Origin: Polyangiaceae bacterium
GTDB taxonomy: Bacteria; Myxococcota_A; Polyangia; Polyangiales; Polyangiaceae
DNA: 43,221 bases
Assembly: GCA_035482215.1 (NCBI GenBank)
Contig: DATHQY010000448.1
Span: 1 to 43,221 of the forward strand
Direction of reading: 5' to 3'
Shown here: positions 1 through 8,754 of the stretch, in pieces
Numbering within the stretch: the first letter of the stretch is position 1
Layout: the number at the start of each line of letters is the position of its first letter
Notes under the pieces: generated by a model
Seen by the model: only the letters and a program-made list of their open reading frames with translations
What the model was told of the DNA's origin: nothing
Databases searched by the model: none
Made by a program: the position numbers and the translations under genes

Positions 1-1
1 G

Positions 2-556
2 TTCGTCGTCGCGGTCTCCGCGTTCGTGCTCCTCTACGGATTCCAATGCTTTGCCGCGCGGCGCCATGCGTTCGACTACACGAACGATCTGGTCTTCTGG
101 AACGCCACGCGAAAGGCCGTCCCCCGAAGCGCCAAGGCGCACCTCAATTACTCCGTGATGCTCGGCGCGCGCGGCGATCTCCCGGGCCGCCTCGCGTCCA
201 ACGAAGTCGCCTTCCAGCTCGCGCCCAAGTGGCCGATGGCCAGCGTCTACATGGGCGATACGTTGTGCCGCATGCACCGCGCGGACGACGCGCTCCCGCA
301 CTACCTCCGCGGCTTCGACCTCGGTCCGAACGAGATGAGTCTCATCGCGCTCGGCTTGCAGTGCCTCTGGGACGAGCACGCGCTCGACGACGACGCACCC
401 GCGCGCGGCGAACTCCAGGAAGTCGCGGACAAGTATCCCGGCTCGTGGGTCAAGTACCTGGTCGACGACACGCTCGCGAACTGCGGCGACTACCACGGCG
501 TCAATCCGAAGTACCGCCCCCGCGGTTACAACGAAGGCCCGAAGAAGGACGAGTGA
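2..556 (+). CDS. C-terminal part of a membrane protein with TPR-like helical repeats; the gene begins upstream of the window
   Basis: The frame is open from base 2, starting with a hydrophobic FVVAVSAFVLLYGF segment. Third codon positions are GC-rich and the stop is TGA 554-556. Helical repeat-like stretches (NYSVMLGARGDL..., MGDTLCRMHRADDALPHYLRG...) resemble the TPR tails of PMT/TMTC-like GT-C proteins. Confidence 0.6.
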   Translation, partial: FVVAVSAFVLLYGFQCFAARRHAFDYTNDLVFWNATRKAVPRSAKAHLNYSVMLGARGDLPGRLASNEVAFQLAPKWPMASVYMGDTLCRMHRADDALPHYLRGFDLGPNEMSLIALGLQCLWDEHALDDDAPARGELQEVADKYPGSWVKYLVDDTLANCGDYHGVNPKYRPRGYNEGPKKDE

Positions 557-559
557 GGC

Positions 560-2191
560 CTATCCGCCGAATCGGTACTTGAAGAATGCGAAGTACGACG
601 GGAACGCGTCCCGCCAGAACCGGATCTTCTTGCCCTCGGCGAACCCGCGCGCCACGTAATTGACCGGCACTTCCATCGGCGAGTTGCCGTTGCGGGCGAG
701 CTTGCACGCGAGCTCGATGTCGAGCTCGAAACCGTTGCTCTCGAGGAGCAGCCCGTCGAGGCACTCGGTCCGAAAGACCTTGTACATCGTATTCACGTCG
801 GTCACGCGCTGCTGGTAGAGGAGGCCGTACGTCTTCGCGAAGACGACCTGCGCGAAGTTCAGCGCGAGCCCGCGGATGGGCGTCTCGTCGTATTTGCGGA
901 CCTTCCAGTCGTCGAGGCCGAGGCTCCGCGAGCCGAGCACGAACATCGCCTTGCGCTGGAGAATCGGATCGAGGAGGGCGTCGTAGTCGTCGATGTCGTA
1001 TTCGAAATCGGCGTCCTGGATCAGCACGATGGTGCCCGTGACGTGCGCGAGGCCCGTACGGACCGCGTGCCCTTTACCGCGCGGCCGCTCTTCGTAGACG
1101 ACGCGGACGCCCGGCCGGTCCTCGTATTGCGCGACGACGTCGCGCGTGCCGTCGGTGCTGTTGCTCTCGACGATGATGACTTCTTTTTCGATCGGGAGCT
1201 GCTTTGCGAGGAGCGCGTCGATCACCTGCCCGGCGTAACGGACCTCGTTGTAGACGGGGAGGACGACCGAGAGCTTCTCCACGGGAGACGACTTCAGCGC
1301 CGGCCGCCCGAAGATCGCGACGCGATTGCCTGTGCGCACCGGAATGGCGGCGTTGCCGAGGGGCGTCCTGGCGGCGAGCGCGAGGAGAGGGGAGGCTGGC
1401 GCGATGCGCTCGGCGACGTACCTCGCCGTGTGGGTCACCGGCAGCGCGTACTGCGCCTTCATGACGAGCTGGTAGGGCGCCATGAGCGAGGCCAGGTTGC
1501 CGGTGTTGAAAAACGCCGTCTTGTATTGGAAGAACTGTGGCCAGTGCTGGCGCATGATGCGCGCAGGCATCGAGTCCGCGTTCGTGTACGTCACCGCGAA
1601 GAGCGTCTCATGCGGGACGATCGCCGTGATCTTGGCGAGCACGCCGCCCGGATCGCTGCACGCCTCGAGCAGCTCGTGCAGAATCACCATCTGCGGGCGA
1701 CGCGCCAGCGCCGGCTTGGCCCACTCGATGTCGGACGCGGAGGCCATACGAGCGAACCGCTCGTCGTCGATCTCGGCGATATCGAGCCCCACCTTTCGCG
1801 CCTCGGCGAGGCCGCGAAACTCGCGCGAGAACCTCCCGATGAGGAGCGTGCGTGTGAGCGGCTGGCCGGCCGTGTTCTGGTGATCGTTCGCGAGGTGCGA
1901 GAGGAGCTCGCTGAAGTCCGCGAGGGCGAGCTCCCGCTCCCGGCCGACGCCGAGCCGCCCTGCGTCGTCGAGGTCGAAGTAGTTGACCCCGCCGTGGTCG
2001 CGCGCCGGATTGACGTAGACCATGGCACACGTGCCGCACCGCACGAACCGCACGCCCGTCCGGTGGAACAGGTAGCGCGGATTGTCGGCGTGGCAGGCCG
2101 GGCAAGGCACGAAGCGCTTGTGCGCTCGCGCCGCGCTGACGGCGGTCGTCGGTTCGAACTCGGGCAACGGCTGCGCGGCGCTCTCGTGCAT
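560..2191 (-). CDS. Two-domain protein: N-terminal zinc-ribbon/methyltransferase-like domain fused to a family-2 glycosyltransferase
   Basis: The C-terminal half carries GT2 signatures (KLSVVLPVYNE, STDGTRD, IQDADFEYD). The N-terminal half has CPACH...CGTC like the zinc ribbon of the 8755-9627 methyltransferase, but no clear GxGxG. I chose ATG at 2189-2191 because the longer 634-aa ORF overlaps the epimerase gene and is Arg/Ser junk. Stop is TAG 560-562. Confidence 0.8.
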   Translation of the reverse strand: MHESAAQPLPEFEPTTAVSAARAHKRFVPCPACHADNPRYLFHRTGVRFVRCGTCAMVYVNPARDHGGVNYFDLDDAGRLGVGRERELALADFSELLSHLANDHQNTAGQPLTRTLLIGRFSREFRGLAEARKVGLDIAEIDDERFARMASASDIEWAKPALARRPQMVILHELLEACSDPGGVLAKITAIVPHETLFAVTYTNADSMPARIMRQHWPQFFQYKTAFFNTGNLASLMAPYQLVMKAQYALPVTHTARYVAERIAPASPLLALAARTPLGNAAIPVRTGNRVAIFGRPALKSSPVEKLSVVLPVYNEVRYAGQVIDALLAKQLPIEKEVIIVESNSTDGTRDVVAQYEDRPGVRVVYEERPRGKGHAVRTGLAHVTGTIVLIQDADFEYDIDDYDALLDPILQRKAMFVLGSRSLGLDDWKVRKYDETPIRGLALNFAQVVFAKTYGLLYQQRVTDVNTMYKVFRTECLDGLLLESNGFELDIELACKLARNGNSPMEVPVNYVARGFAEGKKIRFWRDAFPSYFAFFKYRFGG

Positions 2192-2300
2192 CGCGCGGAG
2201 CAATACCACAGCGTCCGCCGCATGCGACCGCTGCGGGATCGCAGGCCCCGGCGCACCACGACGGCTGCGGGTGCGCCCGCCGCCTTCCAGGGAGCCGGCC

Positions 2301-3260
2301 TTAGCCCCTGTGCTCCACGTAAGGATTGTCCTGCAGAAAGCGCAGCGTCTCGACGATGCACTCGGGAATGGTCTTGCTCGGAGCCCAGCCGAGGCTTCGA
2401 ATCCGCGCCGTATCGAGGTCGATGCGCGGGCTGTCGCCGACCCATCCGCGCTCTCCGCCGGCATACTCGATGCGCGGAGACAGCTTCATCTCGGCCGTGA
2501 TGATCGCGATGCTCTGGAAGACGCGAACCGTATCGCGGTGGCCCAGATTGAAGATATTGATGGGCTCGCGGGCGCCCGCGACAGCCACGAAGATCGCGCC
2601 CACGCAATCGAGCACGTGGAGATAGCTCTTTTCTTGCCGCCCATCGCCGAGCACGGGGAGCCGCGAGGGATCTCGCTTCAGCTTCGCCCAGAAGTCGCGG
2701 ACGTGCCCGTGCGTGTACCGCGGTCCGAGCAGCGAAACGAAGCGGAAGATCCACGTGCGGAAGCCGAACCCGAGCGCGTACGACGAGAGGAGCCCTTCGG
2801 CGGCGACCTTCGACGTCGCGTAGATCGACGTCTGCACGGGGAACGGCGCGTCCTCCGGCGTGGGGAAGACGCGCGCCTCTCCGTAAACCGACCCGGTCGA
2901 CGCGAAGGCGATGTCTTTCGTCCCCGCCGCCCGCATCGCTTCGAGCACGTTCTGCGTCGCGATGATGTTCTGGTCGACGCACTTCCGCGGATCGGCCAGG
3001 TTGTCTTTGATGTCCGCGTTGGCGGCCAGATGGAAGACGAAGCTGACGCCGCGCATGGCTTCGTCGAGCGTCTTCTGATCCAGCAGGTCCCCCTCGACGA
3101 TGCGGAGGCGTTCGCGTGCGGGCACGAACTGCCGGAAGCCGGTCGAGAAGTTGTCGACGACCGTGACGCGGGCGCCGCGCGCGAGGAGCGCGTCGACGAT
3201 ATGACTGCCTATGAATCCCGCGCCCCCGGTGACGAGGGCATGCTGGTCCTGCCAATTCAT
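2301..3260 (-). CDS. NAD-dependent nucleotide-sugar epimerase/dehydratase (extended SDR, epimerase-like)
   Basis: It has the Rossmann motif VTGGAGFIGSH, the catalytic YATSK (YxxxK) and ASTGSVYG. It lies 13 nt downstream of the transaldolase stop on the same strand. Confidence 0.85.
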   Translation of the reverse strand: MNWQDQHALVTGGAGFIGSHIVDALLARGARVTVVDNFSTGFRQFVPARERLRIVEGDLLDQKTLDEAMRGVSFVFHLAANADIKDNLADPRKCVDQNIIATQNVLEAMRAAGTKDIAFASTGSVYGEARVFPTPEDAPFPVQTSIYATSKVAAEGLLSSYALGFGFRTWIFRFVSLLGPRYTHGHVRDFWAKLKRDPSRLPVLGDGRQEKSYLHVLDCVGAIFVAVAGAREPINIFNLGHRDTVRVFQSIAIITAEMKLSPRIEYAGGERGWVGDSPRIDLDTARIRSLGWAPSKTIPECIVETLRFLQDNPYVEHRG

Positions 3261-3273
3261 CGCGGCGCGGAGA

Positions 3274-3933
3274 CTACTTCTTCGCCGGGCGGTTGCGCCA
3301 CGCCGTGTTGAACTCGTTGATCGTTTCGATTGTCCGCGGGTTCCACACCATCTTGCGGAGAATGGGCGGCGTGATCGTCGGCACGTGTGCGCCCGCTTCC
3401 AGCGCCTCGTTGACGTCCATGATGTGCCGCATCGATCCGACGATGATCTTCGACGGAAGCCCTTCGCGGTCGAGCACCTTGCGCGTCCCCTCGATGACGG
3501 GCCGCACGTCGTAGCCCATGTCGCGCACGCGGCCGCTGAAGATGCTCACGTACGTCGCGCCGGCGAGAGCCGCGAGGTACGCCTGGTTCATCGCCATGAG
3601 GCACGTCACGTTCGTCTTGATCCCGCGCTTCACCAGCTGGTGAAGGACCCGCAGGCCCGTCTCGCTGAACGGCACTTTCACCGTGATCCGCTCCGGGTTC
3701 CACGCGTGGTAGTGGAGCGACTCCTGGAGCATCTCGGCTTCCGTCTCCGAGGTCAGCTCGACCGAGACGTCGCCCCAGCTCACGGCGAGGACTTCCCGAA
3801 TCCGCTCGCCGAGGTCCGCGTCCGGCGCTTCCTTCGCGATGATAAGCGGATTCGTCGTGACTCCCGAGATGACGCCCCACGCGAAGAGGTCTTTGATTTC
3901 TTTCGGATCCGAGCTGTCGATAAAAATAGCCAT
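3274..3933 (-). CDS. Transaldolase / fructose-6-phosphate aldolase family protein (Fsa/TalC/MipB type, ~219 aa)
   Basis: The sequence MAIFIDSSDPKEIK...GVTTNPLI...VKVP...GIKTNVT...SIFSGR is typical of the short transaldolase family. Its size also fits that class. Confidence 0.85.
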   Translation of the reverse strand: MAIFIDSSDPKEIKDLFAWGVISGVTTNPLIIAKEAPDADLGERIREVLAVSWGDVSVELTSETEAEMLQESLHYHAWNPERITVKVPFSETGLRVLHQLVKRGIKTNVTCLMAMNQAYLAALAGATYVSIFSGRVRDMGYDVRPVIEGTRKVLDREGLPSKIIVGSMRHIMDVNEALEAGAHVPTITPPILRKMVWNPRTIETINEFNTAWRNRPAKK

Positions 3934-3966
3934 TCTACCCCGTCCTTTTTAGCACATCGACTCTTC

Positions 3967-4108
3967 GCGGCGGAGCCCCAGACTCATGTTCGCCGCTTTC
4001 GCGGCGGAGCCCCAGACTCATGTTCCCCGCTTCGCGGCAGAGCCCCAGGCTCATGTTCGCCGCTTTCCGCGGCGGCCCCCAGGCTCATGTTCGCCGCTTT
4101 CGCGGCGA
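3967..4108. repeat. Tandem direct repeat: four units of 33-35 bp plus a 7-bp partial fifth (consensus GCGGCGGAGCCCCAGRCTCATGTTCGCCGCTTTC)
   Basis: Units lie at 3967-4000, 4001-4033, 4034-4068 and 4069-4101, with a partial unit at 4102-4108. Each unit is bounded by GCGGCG...CGCCGC, a potential stem. The array covers the 3' end of gmhB and the gmhB-transaldolase spacer. Confidence 0.95.
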
Positions 4109-4706
4109 CAATCTCCCTTGCCAGATCCAGCACCGTCCCGGCATGCGCGTCCGGCGTTTCTCCGTTGTAACCGCCCGATTGAGGCCGCAGCGGACAAAGC
4201 TCGCAGCGGTTCGTCGCAAAGACCAGGCCCGTCCGCATGCCTGCAGCCTTGCCGGCCTGAACGTCTCCCTGGCTGTCGCCGATCATCCACGACGCGGCGG
4301 CCTCGCCGTCGAATCGCGAGAGCAATGCCCGCAGCATTCCGGCTTTCGGCTTTCGGCAGTCGCAGCGCATCACGAGGGAAGGGTCGCCCCCCGGGCCGCC
4401 CTCCGGATGGTGCATGCACACTTCCACCCCCGCGACACGGATGCCCTGCTCGACCAGAAGCTCGACCAGTGCACCGTTGGTTCGTTCGACCGCGCGTGCG
4501 GAAATCTGCCCTTTTGCAGGTCCCGGCTGGTTCGTCGCGATGGCGAGGACGAACCCCGCGTCGGCCAGGGTGCGCATGCCGTCCACCGCGCCCGGAAGAA
4601 GACGAATCTGGTCAGGATGGAACGCGACCGCGATCGTGCCGGTTTCTTCGTCGCGGACGACGTCGATGAGCGTGGCGTCGCGATCGAAGATCGCGACGCG
4701 CGTCAC
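3984..4706 (-). CDS. gmhB: D-glycero-D-manno-heptose 1,7-bisphosphate phosphatase (HAD-IIIA) with a repeat-encoded C-terminal tail
   Basis: It has the HAD motif I (VAIFDRDATL), IATNQPG, CDCRKPKAGML and GDSQGDVQAG. The GTG start at 4704-4706 overlaps the gmhA stop TGA (4703-4705) as GTGA. The last ~41 codons are read from the tandem repeat, with the stop inside repeat unit 1. Confidence 0.8.
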   Translation of the reverse strand: MTRVAIFDRDATLIDVVRDEETGTIAVAFHPDQIRLLPGAVDGMRTLADAGFVLAIATNQPGPAKGQISARAVERTNGALVELLVEQGIRVAGVEVCMHHPEGGPGGDPSLVMRCDCRKPKAGMLRALLSRFDGEAAASWMIGDSQGDVQAGKAAGMRTGLVFATNRCELCPLRPQSGGYNGETPDAHAGTVLDLAREIVAAKAANMSLGAAAESGEHEPGALPRSGEHESGAPPRKRRT

Positions 4707-5302
4707 CGCACGCTCTCCCACTTCGTCGCGTTCTTCTGGAGCTTCGGGTGGCTCACGAGGAGGTGCCAGATGACGGCGCAGAAGCCTTCCGTGTGCGGGG
4801 TCGTCCGCGCGGTGCTCACGGTCGGAACGACGACGCACGCGTCGGCGACTTGCTTCGTGAATCCGCCGTCCCGGCCGACGATCCCGAACACTTTCGCGCC
4901 GACCTCGCGTGCGAGCTCGAGCGAACGGACGAGGTTGACGCTCACGTTCTTCTCGCGATTGCCGCCGCCCACGCTGAACACGAGAACGCCGTCGCCCGTG
5001 CGGAGCCGCGAAACGCGGAGCCACTCGACGAAGCAGCTGTCCCAGCCTTCGTCGTTCACGCGCGCCGTGAGCTCGCTCACGTTGTCCGTCGGCGCATAGG
5101 CTTCGAAGCCGCAGAGCTTGCGAAAGTCGTTCACCGCGTGGCCCGCGTGTCCGGCGCTGCCGCCGACGCCGAGAATGAAGAGGCGGCCGCCGCCGTTTCG
5201 CACGCTCGCCAACCCCTCGGCCACGGATTCGATCGCGTCCCGATCCAACGCGCGAATGAGCGCGATGCTTTCGTCCAGATAGTCGTCGATGAATTTGCTC
5301 AT
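4703..5302 (-). CDS. gmhA: Sedoheptulose-7-phosphate isomerase (SIS domain)
   Basis: The SIS motif is GRLFILGVGGSAGHAGHAVNDF, with later FSVGGG. Length is 199 aa from ATG 5300-5302. The upstream part of the 260-aa ORF looks non-coding. Confidence 0.85.
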   Translation of the reverse strand: MSKFIDDYLDESIALIRALDRDAIESVAEGLASVRNGGGRLFILGVGGSAGHAGHAVNDFRKLCGFEAYAPTDNVSELTARVNDEGWDSCFVEWLRVSRLRTGDGVLVFSVGGGNREKNVSVNLVRSLELAREVGAKVFGIVGRDGGFTKQVADACVVVPTVSTARTTPHTEGFCAVIWHLLVSHPKLQKNATKWESVR

Positions 5303-5342
5303 GATCGTCTCGAGACCGGTACCAAGGACCGGTGATGATGGG

Positions 5343-6338
5343 TCAGGACCGGTGGAAGTTCGCCATGATGCGCGCGCCGTCGAAGTCGAAGCGAAAGCGC
5401 ATGGGCCGGAGCCCGCGTGCAGCGAGCGCTTCTTGCACGCGCCGGCGTTCGGCTGCGCGCACGTAGAACATGAAGAATCCGCCACCCCCCGCGCCCATCA
5501 GTTTGCCGCCGATGGCGCCGGCTTTGCGCGCGACGTCATAGTGCTCGTCGATGGTCCCGTCGGCCATGTTGGCCGCGAGCTTGCGCTTGTTGGTCCAGTG
5601 CTCGTGCAGCATCTCGCCGTACGCGTCGATATTGCCCGTGAGCAAGATGCGCTTGGTCTCGTGGCCGAGCGCCTTGATCCGGTGCATTCGCTGCACCGCG
5701 TCGTCCTTGTTCGCGACAATCGTCTTCGCTTGCTCTTTGAGGACCGAAGCCGCCGCGCGCTCGACGCCCGAGTAATAGATGAGCAGGTTCGCCTCGAGCT
5801 CGTCGATGACCTCGTCGCGCAGCGCGAGCCGCTCGACGTCGACCGAACCGTCCGGGTGGAACGTCAGCGCGCTGATCCCGCCATACGCGGCGATGTACTG
5901 ATCCTGCTTGCCGATCGGTTCCTGAAGCACGTCGATCTCGAGGCTGCAGGCCTCGCGGGCGAGCTGCTCCACGGGCACGAACTCACGCCTGAATGCGTGC
6001 AGACCGTTGAGCAGCGCAACGGTGAACGTGCTGGACGAACCGAGGCCGGTGTTGGCCGGAACGTCGGCCAGGCTGTGGAGCTCGACGCCCTTGGTGACGT
6101 CCGTCATGCGGAGCGCTTCCCGGAAGATCCGGTGCCGGATCTGGTCGACCGAATCCACGATCTCGCTCTCGGTGTAGGCGAGGCGAATCGTGTTCTGGAA
6201 GCGCTTGGCCACGCAGACGTACACGAACTTGTCGACCGCGGCCGCGACGAGAAAACCGCCGTGCTCGCGCGAGTAACTCGGCAGGTCCGTACCGCCGCCG
6301 CCGAGCGAAAAACGAACCGGTGCACGAGAGACGATCAT
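5343..6338 (-). CDS. hddA: D-glycero-alpha-D-manno-heptose 7-phosphate kinase (GHMP kinase)
   Basis: The N-terminus MIVSRAPVRFSLGGGGTD is typical, as are the GHMP motifs PANTGLGSSS and KLMGAGGGGF. The ATG overlaps the hddC stop as ATGA at 6335-6338. Confidence 0.85.
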   Translation of the reverse strand: MIVSRAPVRFSLGGGGTDLPSYSREHGGFLVAAAVDKFVYVCVAKRFQNTIRLAYTESEIVDSVDQIRHRIFREALRMTDVTKGVELHSLADVPANTGLGSSSTFTVALLNGLHAFRREFVPVEQLAREACSLEIDVLQEPIGKQDQYIAAYGGISALTFHPDGSVDVERLALRDEVIDELEANLLIYYSGVERAAASVLKEQAKTIVANKDDAVQRMHRIKALGHETKRILLTGNIDAYGEMLHEHWTNKRKLAANMADGTIDEHYDVARKAGAIGGKLMGAGGGGFFMFYVRAAERRRVQEALAARGLRPMRFRFDFDGARIMANFHRS

Positions 6339-7090
6339 AGGGAAGCCGAAGTCCGAAGCAGCCGGTCGAGCTCGGCCAGCCCGGAGGGCGACCCAACTTC
6401 GTAGAATCTCTCATGGGCCACGTAGGCACGCAAGCGCATGCGCTGGGCCAGATCGTGCTGTACGCGATCGAGCCCGAACGCTTCGCCTTCGGGTGTCGCC
6501 GCGATTACGCTCCGTCGGAACGCGTTGGCGCCGTAATCGATGTGGTCCAGGCTCGGATCGCTGGCGCCCTTTTCGTACCGGCGCACCCACGCGCCGTCGA
6601 TGGCGACGTTCGACGCGTCCCATTGCCCATCGTTCTTGAAGACGGACATGACGCCGTCCGCGTCGTCGTGCGATTCGAGCATGCGGAGAGGACCAGCGTA
6701 GTCGAAGGGCAAATAGCTGTCGCCGTACGTCACGAGGAAGGCAGGCCCGAGGAGAGGGAGCGCCGCGCGCAAAGCCCCGCCGGTGCCGAGCAGATTCGGC
6801 CCCTCGTGCGACCACTGCACGGAGAGTCCGTAGCGGGCGCCGTCCTTCACGTGCGCTTCGATCTGGTCGCCCAGGAACGCGATGCACATGACCACCTCGC
6901 GGATGCCGCACGCCGCGAGGCGCTCGAGCTGCCAGTCGACGAAGGGACGGCCCGCCACCGGCAGCATCGACTTCGGCACCGTCAGCGTGGATGGATGCAT
7001 CCGCGTGGCGAGTCCGCCGGCGAGAACCACTGCTTGCACGGCGGGCTGCTTACCACGGGACACGCGGGAAAGCGCGTGTCTGGAGGCCAT
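6335..7090 (-). CDS. hddC: D-glycero-alpha-D-manno-heptose 1-phosphate guanylyltransferase (sugar-phosphate nucleotidyltransferase)
   Basis: It carries the nucleotidyltransferase motif AVVLAGGLATRM...PKSMLPV and GTGGAL, and is ~250 aa. It is the first gene of the operon and is translationally coupled to hddA. Confidence 0.8.
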   Translation of the reverse strand: MASRHALSRVSRGKQPAVQAVVLAGGLATRMHPSTLTVPKSMLPVAGRPFVDWQLERLAACGIREVVMCIAFLGDQIEAHVKDGARYGLSVQWSHEGPNLLGTGGALRAALPLLGPAFLVTYGDSYLPFDYAGPLRMLESHDDADGVMSVFKNDGQWDASNVAIDGAWVRRYEKGASDPSLDHIDYGANAFRRSVIAATPEGEAFGLDRVQHDLAQRMRLRAYVAHERFYEVGSPSGLAELDRLLRTSASL

Positions 7091-7141
7091 GCTCTTGACA
7101 CCCAGCCGTCGCCCGGCTAATTGCGCGCCTCTCGATTTGCC

Positions 7142-7214
7142 GGGCCATTAGCTCAATTGGTAGAGCAGCGGACTCTTAATCCGTTGGCTGATGGTTCGAG
7201 TCCATCATGGCCCA
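7142..7214 (+). tRNA. tRNA-Lys (anticodon CUU), 73 nt, CCA not encoded
   Basis: I folded the cloverleaf by hand. Acceptor stem is GGGCCAT/ATGGCCC. Anticodon stem is GCGGA/TCCGT with loop CTCTTAA (anticodon CTT at 7175-7177). T arm is GATGG-TTCGAGT-CCATC and the discriminator is A. Confidence 0.9.
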
Positions 7215-7220
7215 CTGAAA

Positions 7221-7237
7221 GCCGCCGACGCGGCGGC
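7221..7237 (+). terminator. GC hairpin just after the tRNA (GCCGCCG-ACG-CGGCGGC)
   Basis: A perfect 7-bp stem with a 3-nt loop sits 7 nt after the tRNA 3' end. There is no T-run, so its terminator function is uncertain. Confidence 0.35.
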
Positions 7238-7419
7238 GACCGCGTCGAGTGGCGCCGCGTTCGATACGACGGTGCGACGGTGCAGTAGGCGGCCAGCTTG
7301 GCACGACTTACCGCCTCGCTTAACATCGCCGTCCGACGACTCATGCCGACAACGCAGCTGCCCGAGATCCGCGTGCACCCCGTCGTGAAACGCCTCGGGC
7401 TCCGTCCCTGCGTTCTCCG

Positions 7420-8748
7420 ATGAGCCGGCGTCTCTACCGCGGGGTCGAGTCTCGCATCCTCGACGTGATCGGGCCGTGGGCCGCGGTTGCGATCGCCGTT
7501 TTTTCGTTGACGGTGCTCTATACGGACGTCTCGCGTTTCGCCGGGCCGATCGGCGACGCGTACCTCCCGAGCATCATGCAGCCGGGGGGGGCGGACTTCG
7601 CGTATCCCTACAACGGCGCGCGCGCGCTCCTCATGCGCGTCAATCCGTACCACAATAACGTCCCAGAACTTCGAGATCCTTTTGGCCGCGCCCTGGATGG
7701 CCTGGGATATCCCCCCTCTCATTTCGTAATCTATTTGCCCATCGCGCTGATTGCGAAGAGCGATCGCCTGCTGGCGAACCGGATCCTGTTTCATTGCAAT
7801 CTCGTTTGGCTCACCGTTCTCGCGTTCGTGTCCTGGCGCTTGCTCCGAAGGCTGGTCCCGGCCGCGGCGGATTCACTGTGGCTCCTCTTGCCGTTCTTCT
7901 TGTTCGTATTCACCTTGGGGTCGGGAACGCTGGTTCTGCTCGAGCGGGGGCAGAGCGACGCGTTGACGTCTCTCCTTTGCTGGTCCGCCGTCCTCTCGTC
8001 GTTTCGGCGGCGATGGTTTCTGGCGATGTTTCTGGCTACCTGGGCCACGATGATCAAGGGATATCCCGTGCTCTTTCTGCCAGGCTTCGGACTTCTCGGT
8101 CTCACCCGTAGCCACTGGAAGGGCACCATTCTCGGTGGGATCGCGGCGTTTCTGATCTTCCTCGCCCCGGTTGTCCGGTATCTGCCGGCCGCGTTGGCCG
8201 TGATGACCAATCGCTCCGGCATGTTCTGGCCAGTCTGGTACAATCACAGTTTCAAGAACCTTGCTTACGCGATATCGCCTGCGTGGGCCTCTTCGGGTCA
8301 CAAGCTCTTTACTGGGCTCGGGCTCGTGGTCACGGTGTTGTGCTGGATTCGCGTACGGCGAGCGGATGACCCCACCGACCGGCTCGCCTGGCTCACGTTG
8401 TTCACGACGTGCTCGCTCGGCACGATGCTGGGCTACTCGAGCCTCAGCTGCCCTTACAATGACATCATCGTGTTGCCGGGCGCCGTCTTAATGGCGCTGA
8501 ACCAGCGACGACTCCTGGCCCTCGCCGGCGCCCCGCCGCCCCGCTTTGCATGGATACTCGGAGCGATGCTCGCGCTGGCTACGTCTCTCCTCCTCATGGA
8601 AAAGGTGGGGTCGGAGACGTTCCCGGGCGGCGCCGTGGGCCTCCTCGGTATCGTTGCCATCTCGGGTGTGCTCGCGATCACGAAGATGGGCGTCGTGTTC
8701 AGCCAGACGCTTGCCGCGTCTTCGATTCCATCCCCCGAATCGAGGTGA
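7420..8748 (+). CDS. Polytopic membrane glycosyltransferase, GT87/DUF2029-like (GT-C fold)
   Basis: It has ~10-12 hydrophobic segments. Its first loop, GGADFAYPYNGARALLMRVNPY, resembles the DUF2029 / PimE-type mannosyltransferase signature. GC content looks lower than in neighbouring genes. Confidence 0.65.
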   Translation: MSRRLYRGVESRILDVIGPWAAVAIAVFSLTVLYTDVSRFAGPIGDAYLPSIMQPGGADFAYPYNGARALLMRVNPYHNNVPELRDPFGRALDGLGYPPSHFVIYLPIALIAKSDRLLANRILFHCNLVWLTVLAFVSWRLLRRLVPAAADSLWLLLPFFLFVFTLGSGTLVLLERGQSDALTSLLCWSAVLSSFRRRWFLAMFLATWATMIKGYPVLFLPGFGLLGLTRSHWKGTILGGIAAFLIFLAPVVRYLPAALAVMTNRSGMFWPVWYNHSFKNLAYAISPAWASSGHKLFTGLGLVVTVLCWIRVRRADDPTDRLAWLTLFTTCSLGTMLGYSSLSCPYNDIIVLPGAVLMALNQRRLLALAGAPPPRFAWILGAMLALATSLLLMEKVGSETFPGGAVGLLGIVAISGVLAITKMGVVFSQTLAASSIPSPESR

Positions 8749-8754
8749 GCGCCG

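Noticed and set aside
1043-3255. Long ORFs 1043-2500 (+, 485 aa), 1684-3255 (-, 523 aa), 2082-3311 (+, 409 aa) and similar
   Set aside because: They are Arg/Ala/Pro/Gly-rich with no recognisable motifs. They lie entirely antisense to, or out of frame with, the well-supported GT2 and epimerase genes. Such shadow ORFs are typical of ~70% GC DNA.
3967-4108. Possibility that the 33-35 bp tandem repeats are a CRISPR array
   Set aside because: The units are directly adjacent with no unique spacers. There are only four, no cas genes are nearby, and the array is read through by the gmhB frame.
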